From Vitrella brassicaformis CCMP3155 (Eukaryota; Protista; Chromerida), in the NCBI GenBank assembly GCA_001179505.1, contig CDMY01000542.1, positions 1 to 64,000 on the forward strand: DNA of 64,000 nucleotides, given 5' to 3'. The translations under genes were made by a program, and so were the position numbers. The notes beneath the pieces are model-generated. The model saw only the letters and a program-made list of their open reading frames with translations. It made no database searches and was not told the DNA's origin. Every line of letters begins with the position of its first letter. The stretch's first letter is position 1. This document shows, in pieces, positions 1 to 11,800 of the stretch.

Positions 1-919
1 ACACATCTCTCTCTCTATATGTGTCTCTTTCACGTTCTAACGTGGTGTGTGTCCGGCAGGACATTGTGGGGATTGAGCTGCCTGCAGGCAGAGACACCAA
101 GTTCGCCCTCATAGTCGAGAAGGGTACATCACCTGGCTGGCTGGCTGGATGGCTAAATGGCTGGATGCATCAATGTCTGTCTGCAGAGACAATATTCTCC
201 AAGCTCATCCTGTCGGACTTCGTGCAGACACACGGCCCCCTCATACTCGTCACGGCACACGGGTATATATGACACAAGCAGCATCCATCCGTCCGTCCAT
301 CCACACGAATGGCCGTTTGTGTGCAGCTATCCCGACTTGCCCACGCGTCACTTCTTGCGTCTGCTGCGCGACACGCATCCCTGGCTGCCCTTCGGCTGTC
401 TGGTCGACCACGACGTCCACGGCTTCAGCATCGCGGCCACTTACGTCATCGGCCCTGAGAAGACCCAAGACGGATGGTTCATGCAGGTAAAGCACAAGAG
501 ACACACGTGAACAACGAACAGGGAGACAGACAGACATGATTAGACATAGACACACATACATCCGTTTTGTCAGGATGTGACTTTGTCTGACGTCTCTCTG
601 TGCACGGCGGCATCCATCACCCACACAGAGGAGAGATACGGGTGACTGCGTGAGCGAGAAGCACGACACCTGCATACAAGAGTGTGTGTGTGTGTGTGTC
701 AGAGTCCAGCCGGGCGACATGGCCAGCTTCCGCAGCGAGGGCGAGCGCAAGCGACCAGAGAAGCTGCTGGGACGGCTGCGCGAGGCGAGAGATGCAGGGA
801 AGATCGACAACCACTGGTGCGTTTCCCTCGATGAGATGATCAGACGCAACAAACAGTTTGAACTCGAGGCCATTGAGAGTTTGGATGCGTTTGTGGTCGA
901 TCGCATGACGGCTGCCTGA
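1..919 (+). CDS. SPO11: Spo11/TopoVI-A family protein, C-terminal TOPRIM part (5' end outside window), spliced
   Basis: Spliced reading ...DIVGIELPAGRDTKFALIVEK|ETIFSKL...LVTAHG|YPDLPTRHFLRLL...LVDHDVHGFSIAATY...|...RYG|VQPGDMASFRSEGERKR...QFELEAIESL matches the Spo11 VEK, GYPD, DxD and ELEA motifs. GT-AG introns restore the frame. Confidence 0.9.
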
Positions 920-1126
920 GCGTGGGTGACTTACCCATGACGTGCATGCACACACGCATTCAATCAACATGATGCATGATGTTACATGATGTATCCTTCA
1001 TGACACATGATGCAAATGCGAAGGAGCGCGTGGGCTTGTATAGTGAAAGTCGCTGAGCGGCGAGTCCAGACACCCCGGGAAGCTTACCATTCCGTTTCGA
1101 CAATTCCGTTTCCGTTTGGCCCGGAT

Positions 1127-1159
1127 GTTGATTCTGCCCGTGATAGTCCCTGAGCCATC
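1127..1159 (+). repeat. 33-bp dispersed direct repeat, copy 1
   Basis: gttgattctgcccgtgatagtccctgagccatc is 31/33 identical to 7841-7873. Confidence 0.9.
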
Positions 1160-1499
1160 CCCCACACGAATGGTGTGTGTGTCGGCAGCTGCCGAGTGGG
1201 AATGGACGGGAGGAATGCATGGATGTCGGGGCTCATGGAAATCCATATGGATGATCAGACAAGCACCTTACTGTCACTGCACGCACGTCCCCTACGCAGA
1301 AAGAGTGCACCAGCACTTCCCTTCACCCACACCCACCCACCCATCCATCCACACCACACACTGATCGTTCAAGTAAGCAAGAGTGTGAAAACGGCCCATC
1401 GACACACAGATAGCATCATCCAGCCCCCACACGCCAGACAGCCAGCCGTCCCCGCTAGACACGATGTTCTGTACAGGAAGCTAGCCACCCATCGATATG

Positions 1500-4400
1500 T
1501 CATGAATGCGTTGGCAGCCTCACCAGCTGCAGCTCTACTCGTGGAGGGTACCCCTCCTCATCGTCGTCATCGTCGTCCCCCGCCCTGCTCAAATCGGCAA
1601 TCAGCCCATAGTGGGCTGTCTCTGCCTGGTCAATGCACTGCTCCACTTCTCTACGGAACTCAGCCTCTCTGCTCTCACACCCCTCCCGATTGTGCAGAGA
1701 AGTCAGATAGACAGTCGCTTTCAGACAGACAGTCGCAGGCCGCACAGCAGCGATCAACGCAACGCCAGACGCAAGCCCACTCATCGTGTTGCTATTGATC
1801 ACTTCGACAGTCATGGAGGCGACGTGAGGGTATCGGGTGCAGTCAGAGATGGCGGGCACCTCTGAGCCACAAACCGAGGCCCTCGTCTGCACCTTGACGC
1901 TCTCTAGCTTGGCAGTGGGGGGCAGCTGCGATAGGCAAAACGCTGCCACGCCCAGGTTGGGCAAACGTGTCAGACTGACTGTCGTGAGCCTGTCTAAGGT
2001 GCCCAGCAATGTGCCTGTGCCATCGAGCCCGACAGGCACGCCGTCACACACAACCAGATCGAGAACGAGGCTGGTGATGTTGGGCAGATGGCGATTGCCA
2101 CTGGTGGTGTCGCTCTTCTCTGCCATCCACTGCGGCACACTCGACAAGGCCCGGGACGGCGTCAGCCCCCTCACAGACAGCGTGGTGGCCTTGGTGAAGA
2201 CCATCAGGCTGGCCCATGACTGGTCCAGAGGCCTCCCGCCACACCGCAGAGTCACCTGGCCGGACAGACAGACGGACGGACGGACGGACGCACAGGCAGA
2301 CATACAGATATAAGCAGGAATTGATGTTCGTCCCTTTGAGGCCTCCTGTCTTGGTGTGTTGCTCACCTCATCGGCCGTGCTACACATGTCTTTGATCATC
2401 TTGGCGATGGGGCCAGTGGGTGCAGGAGGCGAAATGACGAGGTCCCTGGAGCAGTCGATAACCACCCCATCGACCCTCCAGTCGACCGTGCAGTTGACCG
2501 ACGCTGCAGACAAACCCACACTCAACAGAGATGCGTAGTATTGCAATCCTCCCGTTTGTCCATTTGTCGGTTCGTCCTACTAAGTTACCTGCCCAGTCGA
2601 GGAAGGTAGGGAGGCTCATGGCATCAGTGTCTGTGGGATGGAGCAGCTCATGGGTGAAGGGGACGGAGATCTTGTCACCGACCTCCAGGCCGAGCCTCTT
2701 GTCAACATCTGCACACAGCCACAAAAACAATGCGGTCAGCCTGCCGGTGGCTCCTCTGTCTGTTCTTGCTTGGTGGCTCACGCACCCTTCAGGCTATCCT
2801 TGGTCCAGATGGGGTCGAGAGCACGCTTCAGCTTGCCCAGAGTCGACGTGAATTCGTAGACGCCCAGGTGAACCCAGTCGATGTCGGTGAGGTGCGGGCA
2901 TCTCTGAACGAGGAAGGCGAAATCATCATACTCGTGGTCGTTGACACTCAGGTACTCGACCGCTGCACACAAGGGAGAGGGACAGAGAATCCATCTGTGG
3001 GTGCAGCAGCTGCATGTGAGAGGCATGATTGCTTACACAGTGACTCGAGCTTTGGGGCATGCTCCACGATGTCCTTGGCACTATCAGTCTGATGGCAGCC
3101 GCGCCCCCCAACACGCAGGCGAAGAAGGGATGGGAATCGCCACCCTCGGAAGCTAAACACACACACACACACAGAGGGCATGATCAGTGCATAGCGGTGT
3201 GACCATGGAGATCAGTGATGCTTACCCGCGGTGATATGGCCAGTCTTCGACGTAGAGGTCCTCCAGTTGTGAGAAGCACACGCTGAACGGCGAAGTCGGC
3301 ACGCTGTAGTGGTAATCCTCAAAGCCCGAGAGGTCGTCGTCGTCCTCGAGTCTCTTGTCGCAGAGCGTCATGCTGGTTATGGTGTCGTGGGAGGCCTCGA
3401 TGCACTTGAGAGGGAAGTCGAGGCCCTTCCAGTGACTGCTGATGTGCACCGTCCGCAGCCGACCCTGCAACCGGACAGACAGACAGAAGTCAGCCATGGT
3501 CACTCCACTTCGTTGGTGCGGTGTGGTGTGGTGGCGCACCAGTTTCTGCTTCAGTGTTTTGAGGGTGGTTTGCTCTCTCCTCAGCCGCTTGGTCTGCCGT
3601 CTGAGGGCCGCCCCGGCCGCCGCCCCCTCCCCGGCCGAGTCGTCCTCTCCCTCCCTCACCGAGTCGTCCTCCTTTTCCTTCTCTTCTTCATCCTCCTGGT
3701 CCTCTTCCTGTTCCTCTTCCTCCTCGTCGTCGTCGTCGTCTTCTTGTTGTTCTTCCTCCTCCTCCTCCTCCTCTTCTTCTTCTTCTTCTTCTTCTTCTTC
3801 TATATCCTCCTCACTGCTGTCGTCGCCATCGATGCCCAGCTCCTCGACTGTCCGCCTGGCGTTCCTCCGAATGCCCCGATCCCACCACTGTCGCTCGTCC
3901 AGACCAATGACCAAGTGGCGGTACACGCCCCTGGTGTCGTCGGTGACGAGCTGCTTGATGAACGTGTTGACGCGGGAGAGGGGCGCGGCGTCCTTGGTGG
4001 GCAGGAAGGCCAACACGATGTGCGCCGCGTCGGGCGGCAGGCCGTCCAAACACAAACGACCGAGCTGACCACACACACAGGGGCGCACATGTCGTGTGTG
4101 TGGATGTTTGGGCTGGTCTGATGTGTGGCTTGCCTGGGTTATTGTGGCGTCTGGTGGGAGGGTTTTGGTGGCGATGGGCTGCGGGAGTGGCGGCTTGGCG
4201 ACTGCCACGTTGTCGAGTGTCTTGATGAGACCCCGCAGCGTGTCGTATCGCAACGCCACCGACTGCTCGACCGTCATCAGCTTACTCGACAGGCCCGGCA
4301 CCTGCCAACACACATCACCACTCACAGGGAGAAGGAGAAGGGCGTGTGTGTGTGTGTGCGTGTGTGTGTCTGTGTGTGTACCTTGTCGGCCAGTGTGGGC

Positions 4401-4920
4401 GTGACGAGTGGTCGCACCTCTGACAGCACGGCCGCCGTCTGCGCCTCGAGCGATTTGATCTTCTCCAACAAGGGGACCAGCCAACAAACATTCGCCTTGT
4501 CGGCCTGAGGGAATGAACGAACACACGGGCACACACAGAGCCATCAAGTGTGTGTGTCTGCGTGTGTCGTCCATGCAGGTGGCTGTGCTGCTGACCCAGT
4601 CTATGACGGGATGCACCTCTTGGTCCGACGGCTGGCCGCCACCTACAGCTACACCAGTGCTACATCCTCCACCTGCATTACGAGAGTGCATCACACAACA
4701 AAGGCAGCCGGCCATCAAAGAGTGAGTCGGTCTGTTCTTTTCATGAGTCCCTCTTCCCACCTCCAGCAGCAGCAGCCGCGGGCGATGAGTCATCGTCCAC
4801 ACGAGGCCGCTTGCCGGAATTCTCGTCAGCTCCGCCACACGCCTGCAAACCAACAACAGATCGATCAGAGCTGGCTGCTCCTCTCTCTCTTGTTCTGTCG
4901 TGGTTGGGACCTACCTCCAT
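1500..4920 (-). CDS. F-box-like/LRR-like protein of a lineage-expanded family, with N-terminal coiled coil and long acidic insertion; multi-exon
   Basis: Predicted start ME|ACGGADENSGKRPRV (ATG 4920, donor gtaggt). F-box-like segment CLDGLPPDAAHIVLAFLPTKDAAPLSRVNTFIKQLV, then a poly-Glu tract. Later exons include FLVQRCPHLTDIDW and LPNITSLVLDL. Ends in the ORF 1500-2546 frame. Confidence 0.7.
3640..3815 (-). repeat. Coding (GAA/GAG/GAC)n low-complexity tract encoding poly-Glu/Asp
   Basis: tct/tcc/tcg trinucleotide runs on + read EEDIEEEEEEEEEEEEEEEEEQQEDDDDDEEEE on -. Confidence 0.95.
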
Positions 4921-5528
4921 GAGTTTGCTATGGATGGACCAGCAGGTGGGTCATCTCCCCCTCAGCGACAAGCCGGGCCGGGCGGCCGCGCTCGTGAGGC
5001 TTGCTCTTGATGAGAGCACGTCCCTCTCCTTAGACGCGGACACTGACAACTCCAACACAACTCGTTGCCAGCCCTTTGCGCCAAGCTCGCAAATGATGCC
5101 GATCGGGGGATAAAAGTGAAGCAAAACGGCTCTTTCGCAGGTTGTTCCAGGTCAGCAATCACAGTAATGAAGGAAACAAGCGAAAAGACCGAACAGGCGT
5201 GGCCTCTTTGCCTGCCGTGTGTGTTGTCAGCTGCCGAGCCCTGGGGAAGAAGCAAATGGAGAAGCAGCCTTTCTTCTTGGAGTCTGGTTGGCCTGCTGAT
5301 GCTCCTGCTGATGGTATGAGGAATGAAAGAAGGAATCAACCACCTAACAAAGCACCACTGGCCGGGGTGGCATCTCTGTGTGTTCTCACTGCAGATGTCG
5401 TTGGTGGGGTCGCTGTGACGGCCGCCGACTGACTGACTGACCAGGTGCGTCAGCAATGTTGGATGGAGGAGGGATTTGCAGGTGACTGTGTGCCTCTGTT
5501 AGTGTATGCAGCGGTGTGACTCATTGGG

Positions 5529-7295
5529 ATGGCCCAACCATCCTCTGCCGCATCGCAAGCACCTCCTCCTGCTGCTGTGCCGCCCGGCTGCAAGGGGCTG
5601 GACAACGTCGACATCGTCCCTGATGAGGGTGTGAGTCCTCTCAGCCGGCAGCTGTTGGAGGGCTGCCTTCGGCGCAAGGCCGCCCAAGTCACATCGCTGA
5701 TAGGTCAAGGAGCCGACCCGAGAGCCATCGGCGGCCTTCGTGTCCGCGGCAGCACAGACCCCTCTTACTGGCGATACAGCTGTCTGTTTTTCGCCATCGA
5801 CAGTCCATCAAACTACCCGCTCCTCTATGCGGAGGGCGATGATGACACTGATGTGCCCGTGGTGCTGCCGCAGTGGTCCTCTCGGCAGCTACAGCGTGAC
5901 GTCATCAATGCACTCATCGACGGCGGGGCCGACATCAATGCGAGCGCACATCAACGCGCCGACATCAATGCGAGCGCAAAGGCGGACAGGCCCATCAAGG
6001 TGGCCATTGCGGGTGGCAATCTGACGGCTGTCGAGGCCCTCCTGGCGCGTCAGGTCGACGTGCGGGGATTTGTGGTGATGCAGCTTCCACGACTCTTCGA
6101 GGGTGGTGCTGCCCCTTCCGCCACTCGTGAGTACGAGGATGCTCTCATGTCGGTGTACCGCCGGCTTGCCCAACACGACAGCACACTCGCAGCGGAGCGG
6201 TGGGGTGGACACAATCTGGTGCATCTGGCGGCCAGGAACTCGACTGCGGAATTCTCCCAGTCCTTCATCGATGAGTACCTGGACCTCATCACCAGCCACG
6301 GAGCCGACATGACGGCAACAGACACCACCGGCTGGACGCCACTGCACTGGGTGGCAGGGCATGGCTCCCCCTGTGTGGTTCATTGGCTGTGCCGCCACCT
6401 CAGATCCGACGACGTCAACAGAGGACTGCCGCACCTGCCAGGACTGCCGCACCTGCCCAACAAGACACCCCTCGCCGTCGCTGCCATTTATTGCACGGAA
6501 CAGCAGCAGCAACAGGGAGAGGGGAACGAGGAGCGCTCGAGACTTATCCGCGAGTACAAGACCATCATCGGTGTGCTGCTGCGGGGCGGGGCGGCCCCAT
6601 CCATCGCCCGCATGCCCACCGCCACCGAAGCTCACCGTCGTCAGCGTCAGCTGGTGCTGACCGAGTATGCCACAGTGCTGAGTGAGCTGTCCGAGGCCGT
6701 CATGTCGGCCATCAATGCCGCCCTCGCCCCCCAGCGCGACCACTCGATGCTTCTCGCCCGTCTGCTGCCCCTCGCCCCCCACCACGACGGCGCCCACCCC
6801 CACCCCTCCCCATCCAACATGGCATTCGGCCCACACGAGGCAGAGGCCATCGCATGGAAGATCGGCGCCTTCCTGCACGAGCCCCCCGCTGCTGTCGCCG
6901 CCATCGACCAGTATCTCATCGGCGAGTCGGTGCTGAGGCGCCGCGTCCGTGCGGCCGTCGGCCACTTCGTCAAGTCGGCGGCCACTCAGACGAGCAGCAA
7001 CAGGGAGGTGGTGGGCGGGACGAGACACGAGCAGCAGGGCGACAAGCGCGTCAAGGTGACCCTGCCGCCTCTGCAGTGCTTCGCCGTTCGTGGCAGCGGC
7101 GGGCAGGTGGTGGGCACGGGTGTGCGTGAGGTGGTGCACCGGGCCCGGCTGGATGAGGCGGTCAGCCATGGGGTGGTGGGGGTGGTCAAGGGCTTCAACA
7201 AGCATCTGGGCGACCAGGACTGCCAGTTCGAGTGGGGCCAGCTGGGGCGAATCGACAAGGGGACCGGCCTGTTTGTGCCGCTGGGCATCGACTGA
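5529..7295 (+). CDS. Intronless ankyrin-repeat protein (588 aa), lineage-expanded type
   Basis: Single ORF with ankyrin motifs: LIDGGADINA, PIKVAIAGGNLTAVEALLARQVDV, LITSHGADMTATDTTGWTPLHWVAGHGSPCVVHWL, KTPLAVAA. Confidence 0.9.
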   Translation: MAQPSSAASQAPPPAAVPPGCKGLDNVDIVPDEGVSPLSRQLLEGCLRRKAAQVTSLIGQGADPRAIGGLRVRGSTDPSYWRYSCLFFAIDSPSNYPLLYAEGDDDTDVPVVLPQWSSRQLQRDVINALIDGGADINASAHQRADINASAKADRPIKVAIAGGNLTAVEALLARQVDVRGFVVMQLPRLFEGGAAPSATREYEDALMSVYRRLAQHDSTLAAERWGGHNLVHLAARNSTAEFSQSFIDEYLDLITSHGADMTATDTTGWTPLHWVAGHGSPCVVHWLCRHLRSDDVNRGLPHLPGLPHLPNKTPLAVAAIYCTEQQQQQGEGNEERSRLIREYKTIIGVLLRGGAAPSIARMPTATEAHRRQRQLVLTEYATVLSELSEAVMSAINAALAPQRDHSMLLARLLPLAPHHDGAHPHPSPSNMAFGPHEAEAIAWKIGAFLHEPPAAVAAIDQYLIGESVLRRRVRAAVGHFVKSAATQTSSNREVVGGTRHEQQGDKRVKVTLPPLQCFAVRGSGGQVVGTGVREVVHRARLDEAVSHGVVGVVKGFNKHLGDQDCQFEWGQLGRIDKGTGLFVPLGID

Positions 7296-7840
7296 CTGAG
7301 AGGGAGGGGGAGGGGGAGATGGGGAGAGCCGTAGAGTGGGGGGTGAAGTGGCTGCACGTTTCGCTGCTTTTCGTCGCAATTCGAGGGCGCTGAGTGCTTT
7401 GTATGTGCATACGGACAAGATTGACTCGGTCTCATTCAAGAATGTGTCTTTGGTATAAGCGTGGCCTCGCGACACATGAAGTGTCTCTCATGCCAGTGGT
7501 GCGGCGAGCACTCAGTCTAGTGGTAGTGCGGCGTTGCTTGAGTGAGGCCACCACATGAAGCCATTCTGCTCTGGATAGACCCACCTTCATTGGTCGCACG
7601 TGTCGGTCCTTGTTTCGTGAATGACAGTCTTAACTTCACAGCTGGATTGATCCCATTCACGCTTGTCACTGCGCCGGCTGACAAGTGAATAGCATGAGAT
7701 GGGTCAATCCAGCCGAGGAATGGAGACACAGGCCGGCAGGGCACGTACGCGAAAGACAATCACTGACACAAGCCGCCCGCCCGCCCGCCCGCCAGCCCTT
7801 GGCAATAGGGCAGTGATAGTGTTAAGTAGATGCAGTGATA

Positions 7841-7873
7841 GTTGATTCTGTCCCTGATAGTCCCTGAGCCATC
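7841..7873 (+). repeat. 33-bp dispersed direct repeat, copy 2
   Basis: gttgattctgtccctgatagtccctgagccatc is 31/33 identical to 1127-1159. Confidence 0.9.
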
Positions 7874-8076
7874 TCCCAGTGCACACACCCCTCCCGGCCT
7901 GACCTGACATCTCCCATCCTCGACTAGTCTTCCATATATCCGGATGCTCACGAGATGGCTTCTCTCCCGCTAACGTGCGTCCGCCCTCTAACGGTCGGGG
8001 GAGGCGTTGGGCGTCTCCTCTCCGGATATCCTCCTGGCCGCAGAGGACTTTGTCGTTCCTCTTGTCATCGAGAAAG

Positions 8077-8699
8077 ATGCGGTCGTTGCTGCTGTCCCTC
8101 GCCGTCACCTGCCTTGCAGCCCTGGCTGCCCTGGCTGCAGAGGGGAAGCCAACAAGGAGAGGCCTACAGGGGTTTGTGACGGGCGCGCGTGGGCCTCCCG
8201 TGCCAGCATCCGTTGTCGGCGGCCCTCGTTCATCATCGTCAGGGCGCAAGTCTCGCTTCTGGGGGGTCGGGCCGCGAGCATGGGACAAGTGGCGGTTCGG
8301 ATACCAAGCTGTCACAAGAGGCGCTGCCGGCAGCAGGATTGTGGTGAGTGGGCTGGGTGAGAGGGAGGAATGTGTCCGCACGTCCCTCGATGTGTGTCTG
8401 GCTGTCGCTGTGTTGTGTTGTGTGGTGTGTGACAGTCGTATCCGTCGAATTGCCGGCCGAAACACGGGCTGCTGTCGCTCAACCACATCGCCAACAGTTA
8501 CCTCGCTGACCCCTACGTGTAGGCAACACGAGATGATGGAACGCAGACACCGGCCAGCTGCAATGGTGGTGTGGTGTGCGGTGTGTGGTGTGGTGTGGTG
8601 TGGTGTGCCTGCAGGTATTCGAAGGAGCTGGATTGCGGGAGGCCGACACTGCGGCGGAACTCGGCCTTCTACCAAATGTTCGTTGCCGGCAAGAAATGA
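8077..8699 (+). CDS. Small (144 aa) signal-peptide protein, 3 exons (8077-8343, 8436-8518, 8615-8699), unknown function
   Basis: MRSLLLSLAVTCLAALAALAAEGK is a hydrophobic signal peptide. Introns gtgagt..gacag and gtaggc..ctgcag give an open frame of 435 nt ending ...SYLADPYVYSKELDCGRPTLRRNSAFYQMFVAGKK*. Confidence 0.75.
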
Positions 8700-8899
8700 A
8701 ATGTTGTGTTACGTACTTGCCTGTCTACATGTCTGTCTGACGTGTTATATGGATGCTATTTATCGAGGCTGGGCAGTTCAAGGGCCCTTCCTCTGCTGCG
8801 TGTACCTGATGTGTGAGTGTGTGTGCGCGTGCGTGCGTGTGGATGGCTGCCACTTAGTGGGCGAGCACGGGACAGCTGTGCTGCTGCCAAGTCTTTCTG

Positions 8900-11800
8900 G
8901 CGACAGAAAGTATGTCTGATCTCTCTCTCCTTCTCTCTCTCTCTCTCTCTCTCTCTTGCATGGCGTGTGATGTGATGGCGGTGTGTGCGCTATAGTCGTT
9001 CCGACAGGTGCGCACGTGTAGATAGAGACAGACACAAGTGACCGTTTCGGTCTGTGTCAAGGCGGTGATGTGGGTGTGGATACTGCGTGTGCGCAATGTG
9101 CAAAGACCTTGTGTGTGTGTGTGTGTGTGGCTGACTGCTGGAAGTGAAAATGTATTGTGTGCTCTGTGTGGGGTTGGTAGATCGTTAACCTCAACTATCC
9201 TCATCCATCCGGCCATCCATCCATCCATCCATCCATCCATGGGCATGGACGGCGTCAAAGTCTCTCCCCTCACTCACCGAGTCCAAAGAGAAGCACAGAC
9301 GCGCCCTTAAAGAGGTACATCCCTCCCTTCTCCTTCCTGCCTGTTTGTCTTAAGTTGTGCATTCATTCATTCCATCCACACTGCACCCCTGAGCTGAGTG
9401 CAATGGACGACGAACGGTAACGGGAGTACACACTAACTTGAAAAACCGACCAACCGGTTGGTCACTTCAGCTTCTGTGCTGCTCTCTGGCGATTAGTGGG
9501 GTTCGGCACCCCTCCCTCCCTGCCCCCATCCCTCCCTTTAATGGTATGTATGCACCTTTCCGTCTCTCTCCCTCTGTTTGTTAGATTCCGCAAGTCAGCC
9601 AGTCAGCCAAACAAAGAGTGACACAAAAACAACCAGACAAAGCAAGCAAAGCACGTGCTCTCATGACAGATATCTAAGATGAGCCGAGAGGGTGGTGGGG
9701 TGACGGAACAGACGTCGTAAGGAGAATGCATGAGACACACGCGGGAAAATTGATCAATCGACAGAGGGATGGGATGGAGGATGGGAGGGTGGGAGGGAGG
9801 CAGGGGGCAGGACTAGATACCCCCACACGCCACGCCCAGCCATTCGCCCGCCACCCCGCCCGCGTGTCTGTCTGCCTCTCCCCCACGTACCAAGAAAAGA
9901 GGTAGAAAAGGGACGGGGGAAGGCACACAGCCATCTTTCCTTTCTGCATCATGCAAGTCAGTCAGTCAGTCAGTGAGGAAGTGAGCAAGAGAGTGAGGGA
10001 GCAGTCTGACACCTTTCAATTACAAGGTCAACCCACCCTGCCCTCCTGTCTGTCTGTCTGTCTGTCTGGTATCCCTCTATAGGATATATCCCCTCCCTCC
10101 GCCTTGGTCCGTCTCTTCACCCCGCACTTGGCTGGCTGGCTGCCTGCCTGGCTGGCCTTATCAGCAGGCCGACAGTCAGCCAGACAGACCTTCACATCAC
10201 ATCACCCATAATACGCACCTACGTACGCACAAACACGTACGCTCATCCACATGCACGAAGCATCATCACCAGCACCAGCAGCAGCAGCAGCACCAGCAGT
10301 AGGCAGCCAGCCAGAGGCACAGAGAAGAGTAAGTGGTAGGGGTGGGACTGAGGGAGTCTGTTCATCTGTGGGAGCAAACAGTTCAGACTCGCCTGCCTCA
10401 GCCGGCGCCCCTCCGCCTCCCCTCAACCTCCCCCTCCCGACCCACACACGCACACCATACCACAGCAGCCACACTCACACTCACTCACAGTCATGGCCGG
10501 CAGCTGGAGTGAGTGAGTCAGTCGCCCGGCCCGGCCGACTCTGTCTGTGTTGGCCGTGAGCTCAAAAATATATGGAGCGAGCCAGGCAAAAGCAACACAG
10601 CGCAGCCAGGCCAGGCCACGCCAGGCGCGAGCAATCTGTACAGTCAGGACGTTACCTTACACCATCGGATCGGAGGCAAACAGGATATATGGGATAGGAG
10701 AGGAGAGGAGAGGAGAGGGGCATGGCATGGCATTGCCGTAGGTACTTGTTACGTACTTATGTATGGGTAGGTATGACATAAGGACTTCCTGCCTGTCCCG
10801 GTGCCTGTCTGTCTGTCTGCCTGTGCGCGTGTCGCCATGACGCACGTTGCTGCTTAGTCAGTCAGCTTCAGCTGGTGTGTGCGTGTGAGTGTGGTGCCTC
10901 GTGCGATGATTCATCGGACCATCCCAAATTCCGAGGCTCGTGTGTCCGTCTGCCGTGCGTGTGTGGAACGGTCAACTACCAAGGCCTACCTTCATAGCTG
11001 TACACGATACAAGAGTAAGTGGGGGAGGGGAGAGAAAGAGAGGGCCCTGCTGCCCTGCTGTGCTGCCTTCCTGTCTGCCTGCCTGTGTCGTCCCTCTCTG
11101 TGGATGGGATGATGGGAGGTCTGGCTGCCTTGCCAGGGGTATCGATCAGCACACAGACACATGCACACACACACACACACACACACACAATGAGTGAAGG
11201 AAGCACGTAGTTAGGTACAAGACACCAAAAAGCGGGCATAGCACCAGACACACAAGAGGCCAGGGCAGAGCAGGGCAGGGCAGGACAGGGCAGGTCAGCA
11301 GGGCACACGCGTAGCGGAGAGGAGAGGAGAGGAGAGGACGAGAAGAAAAGAGCACACGTAAACGCACCGAGGTTATGCATGTGGTCAGGTCGGTCAAGTC
11401 TCTCTCGCCCTCCATTGTGTAGCTAGCTGGTGTATGTGTATCTGAATGTGTGTACATGTGTTCCCCGAGTGTCTTGTGTTGTCTGCCTGTCCTTCCTCAC
11501 GAGTGAGTGTCTCTGCAGCCCTGCCTATCCTGTCCCTCCCTCTGCCTCTCACTAATTACACACACGTCCCACCCACTACACCCATACAATGCCATGCACT
11601 CATACAGACAGACAGACGCGTAAGAAGTAGAAGAAGTATTGATCAAGGTTGGATGGATAGATGGCTGGAAGGATGGGTGTATGGCCGCACAATACGGCCA
11701 TGTCGGCAACCACCCAACCAACCAGCCGTCAAGTCGTCAAGTCACCACACATAACGATCACGCAGAAGACAGAGAGAATGGAATACACACAAGTAAGTAC

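Noticed and set aside
3309-4121. Plus-strand ORFs with poly-Phe/Leu or poly-Ser that look like membrane proteins
   Set aside because: Antisense readings of the poly-Glu tract of the F-box-like gene.
5889-7475. 528-aa minus-strand ORF
   Set aside because: Antisense shadow of the GC-rich ankyrin CDS, with no motifs of its own.
7795-7811. agcccttggcaa-aggg match to 47378-47394
   Set aside because: The second copy is explained by local exon duplication in the TPR-like gene, so the short match is probably chance.
7841-7880. tRNA/SINE A-box resemblance (gatggctcag on -) in the 33-bp repeat
   Set aside because: No B-box or cloverleaf downstream in either copy.
10202-10559. Ala/Pro-rich ORFs on both strands in the intergenic region
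   Set aside because: Driven by (CAG/CAC)n repeats; no coherent exon chain.
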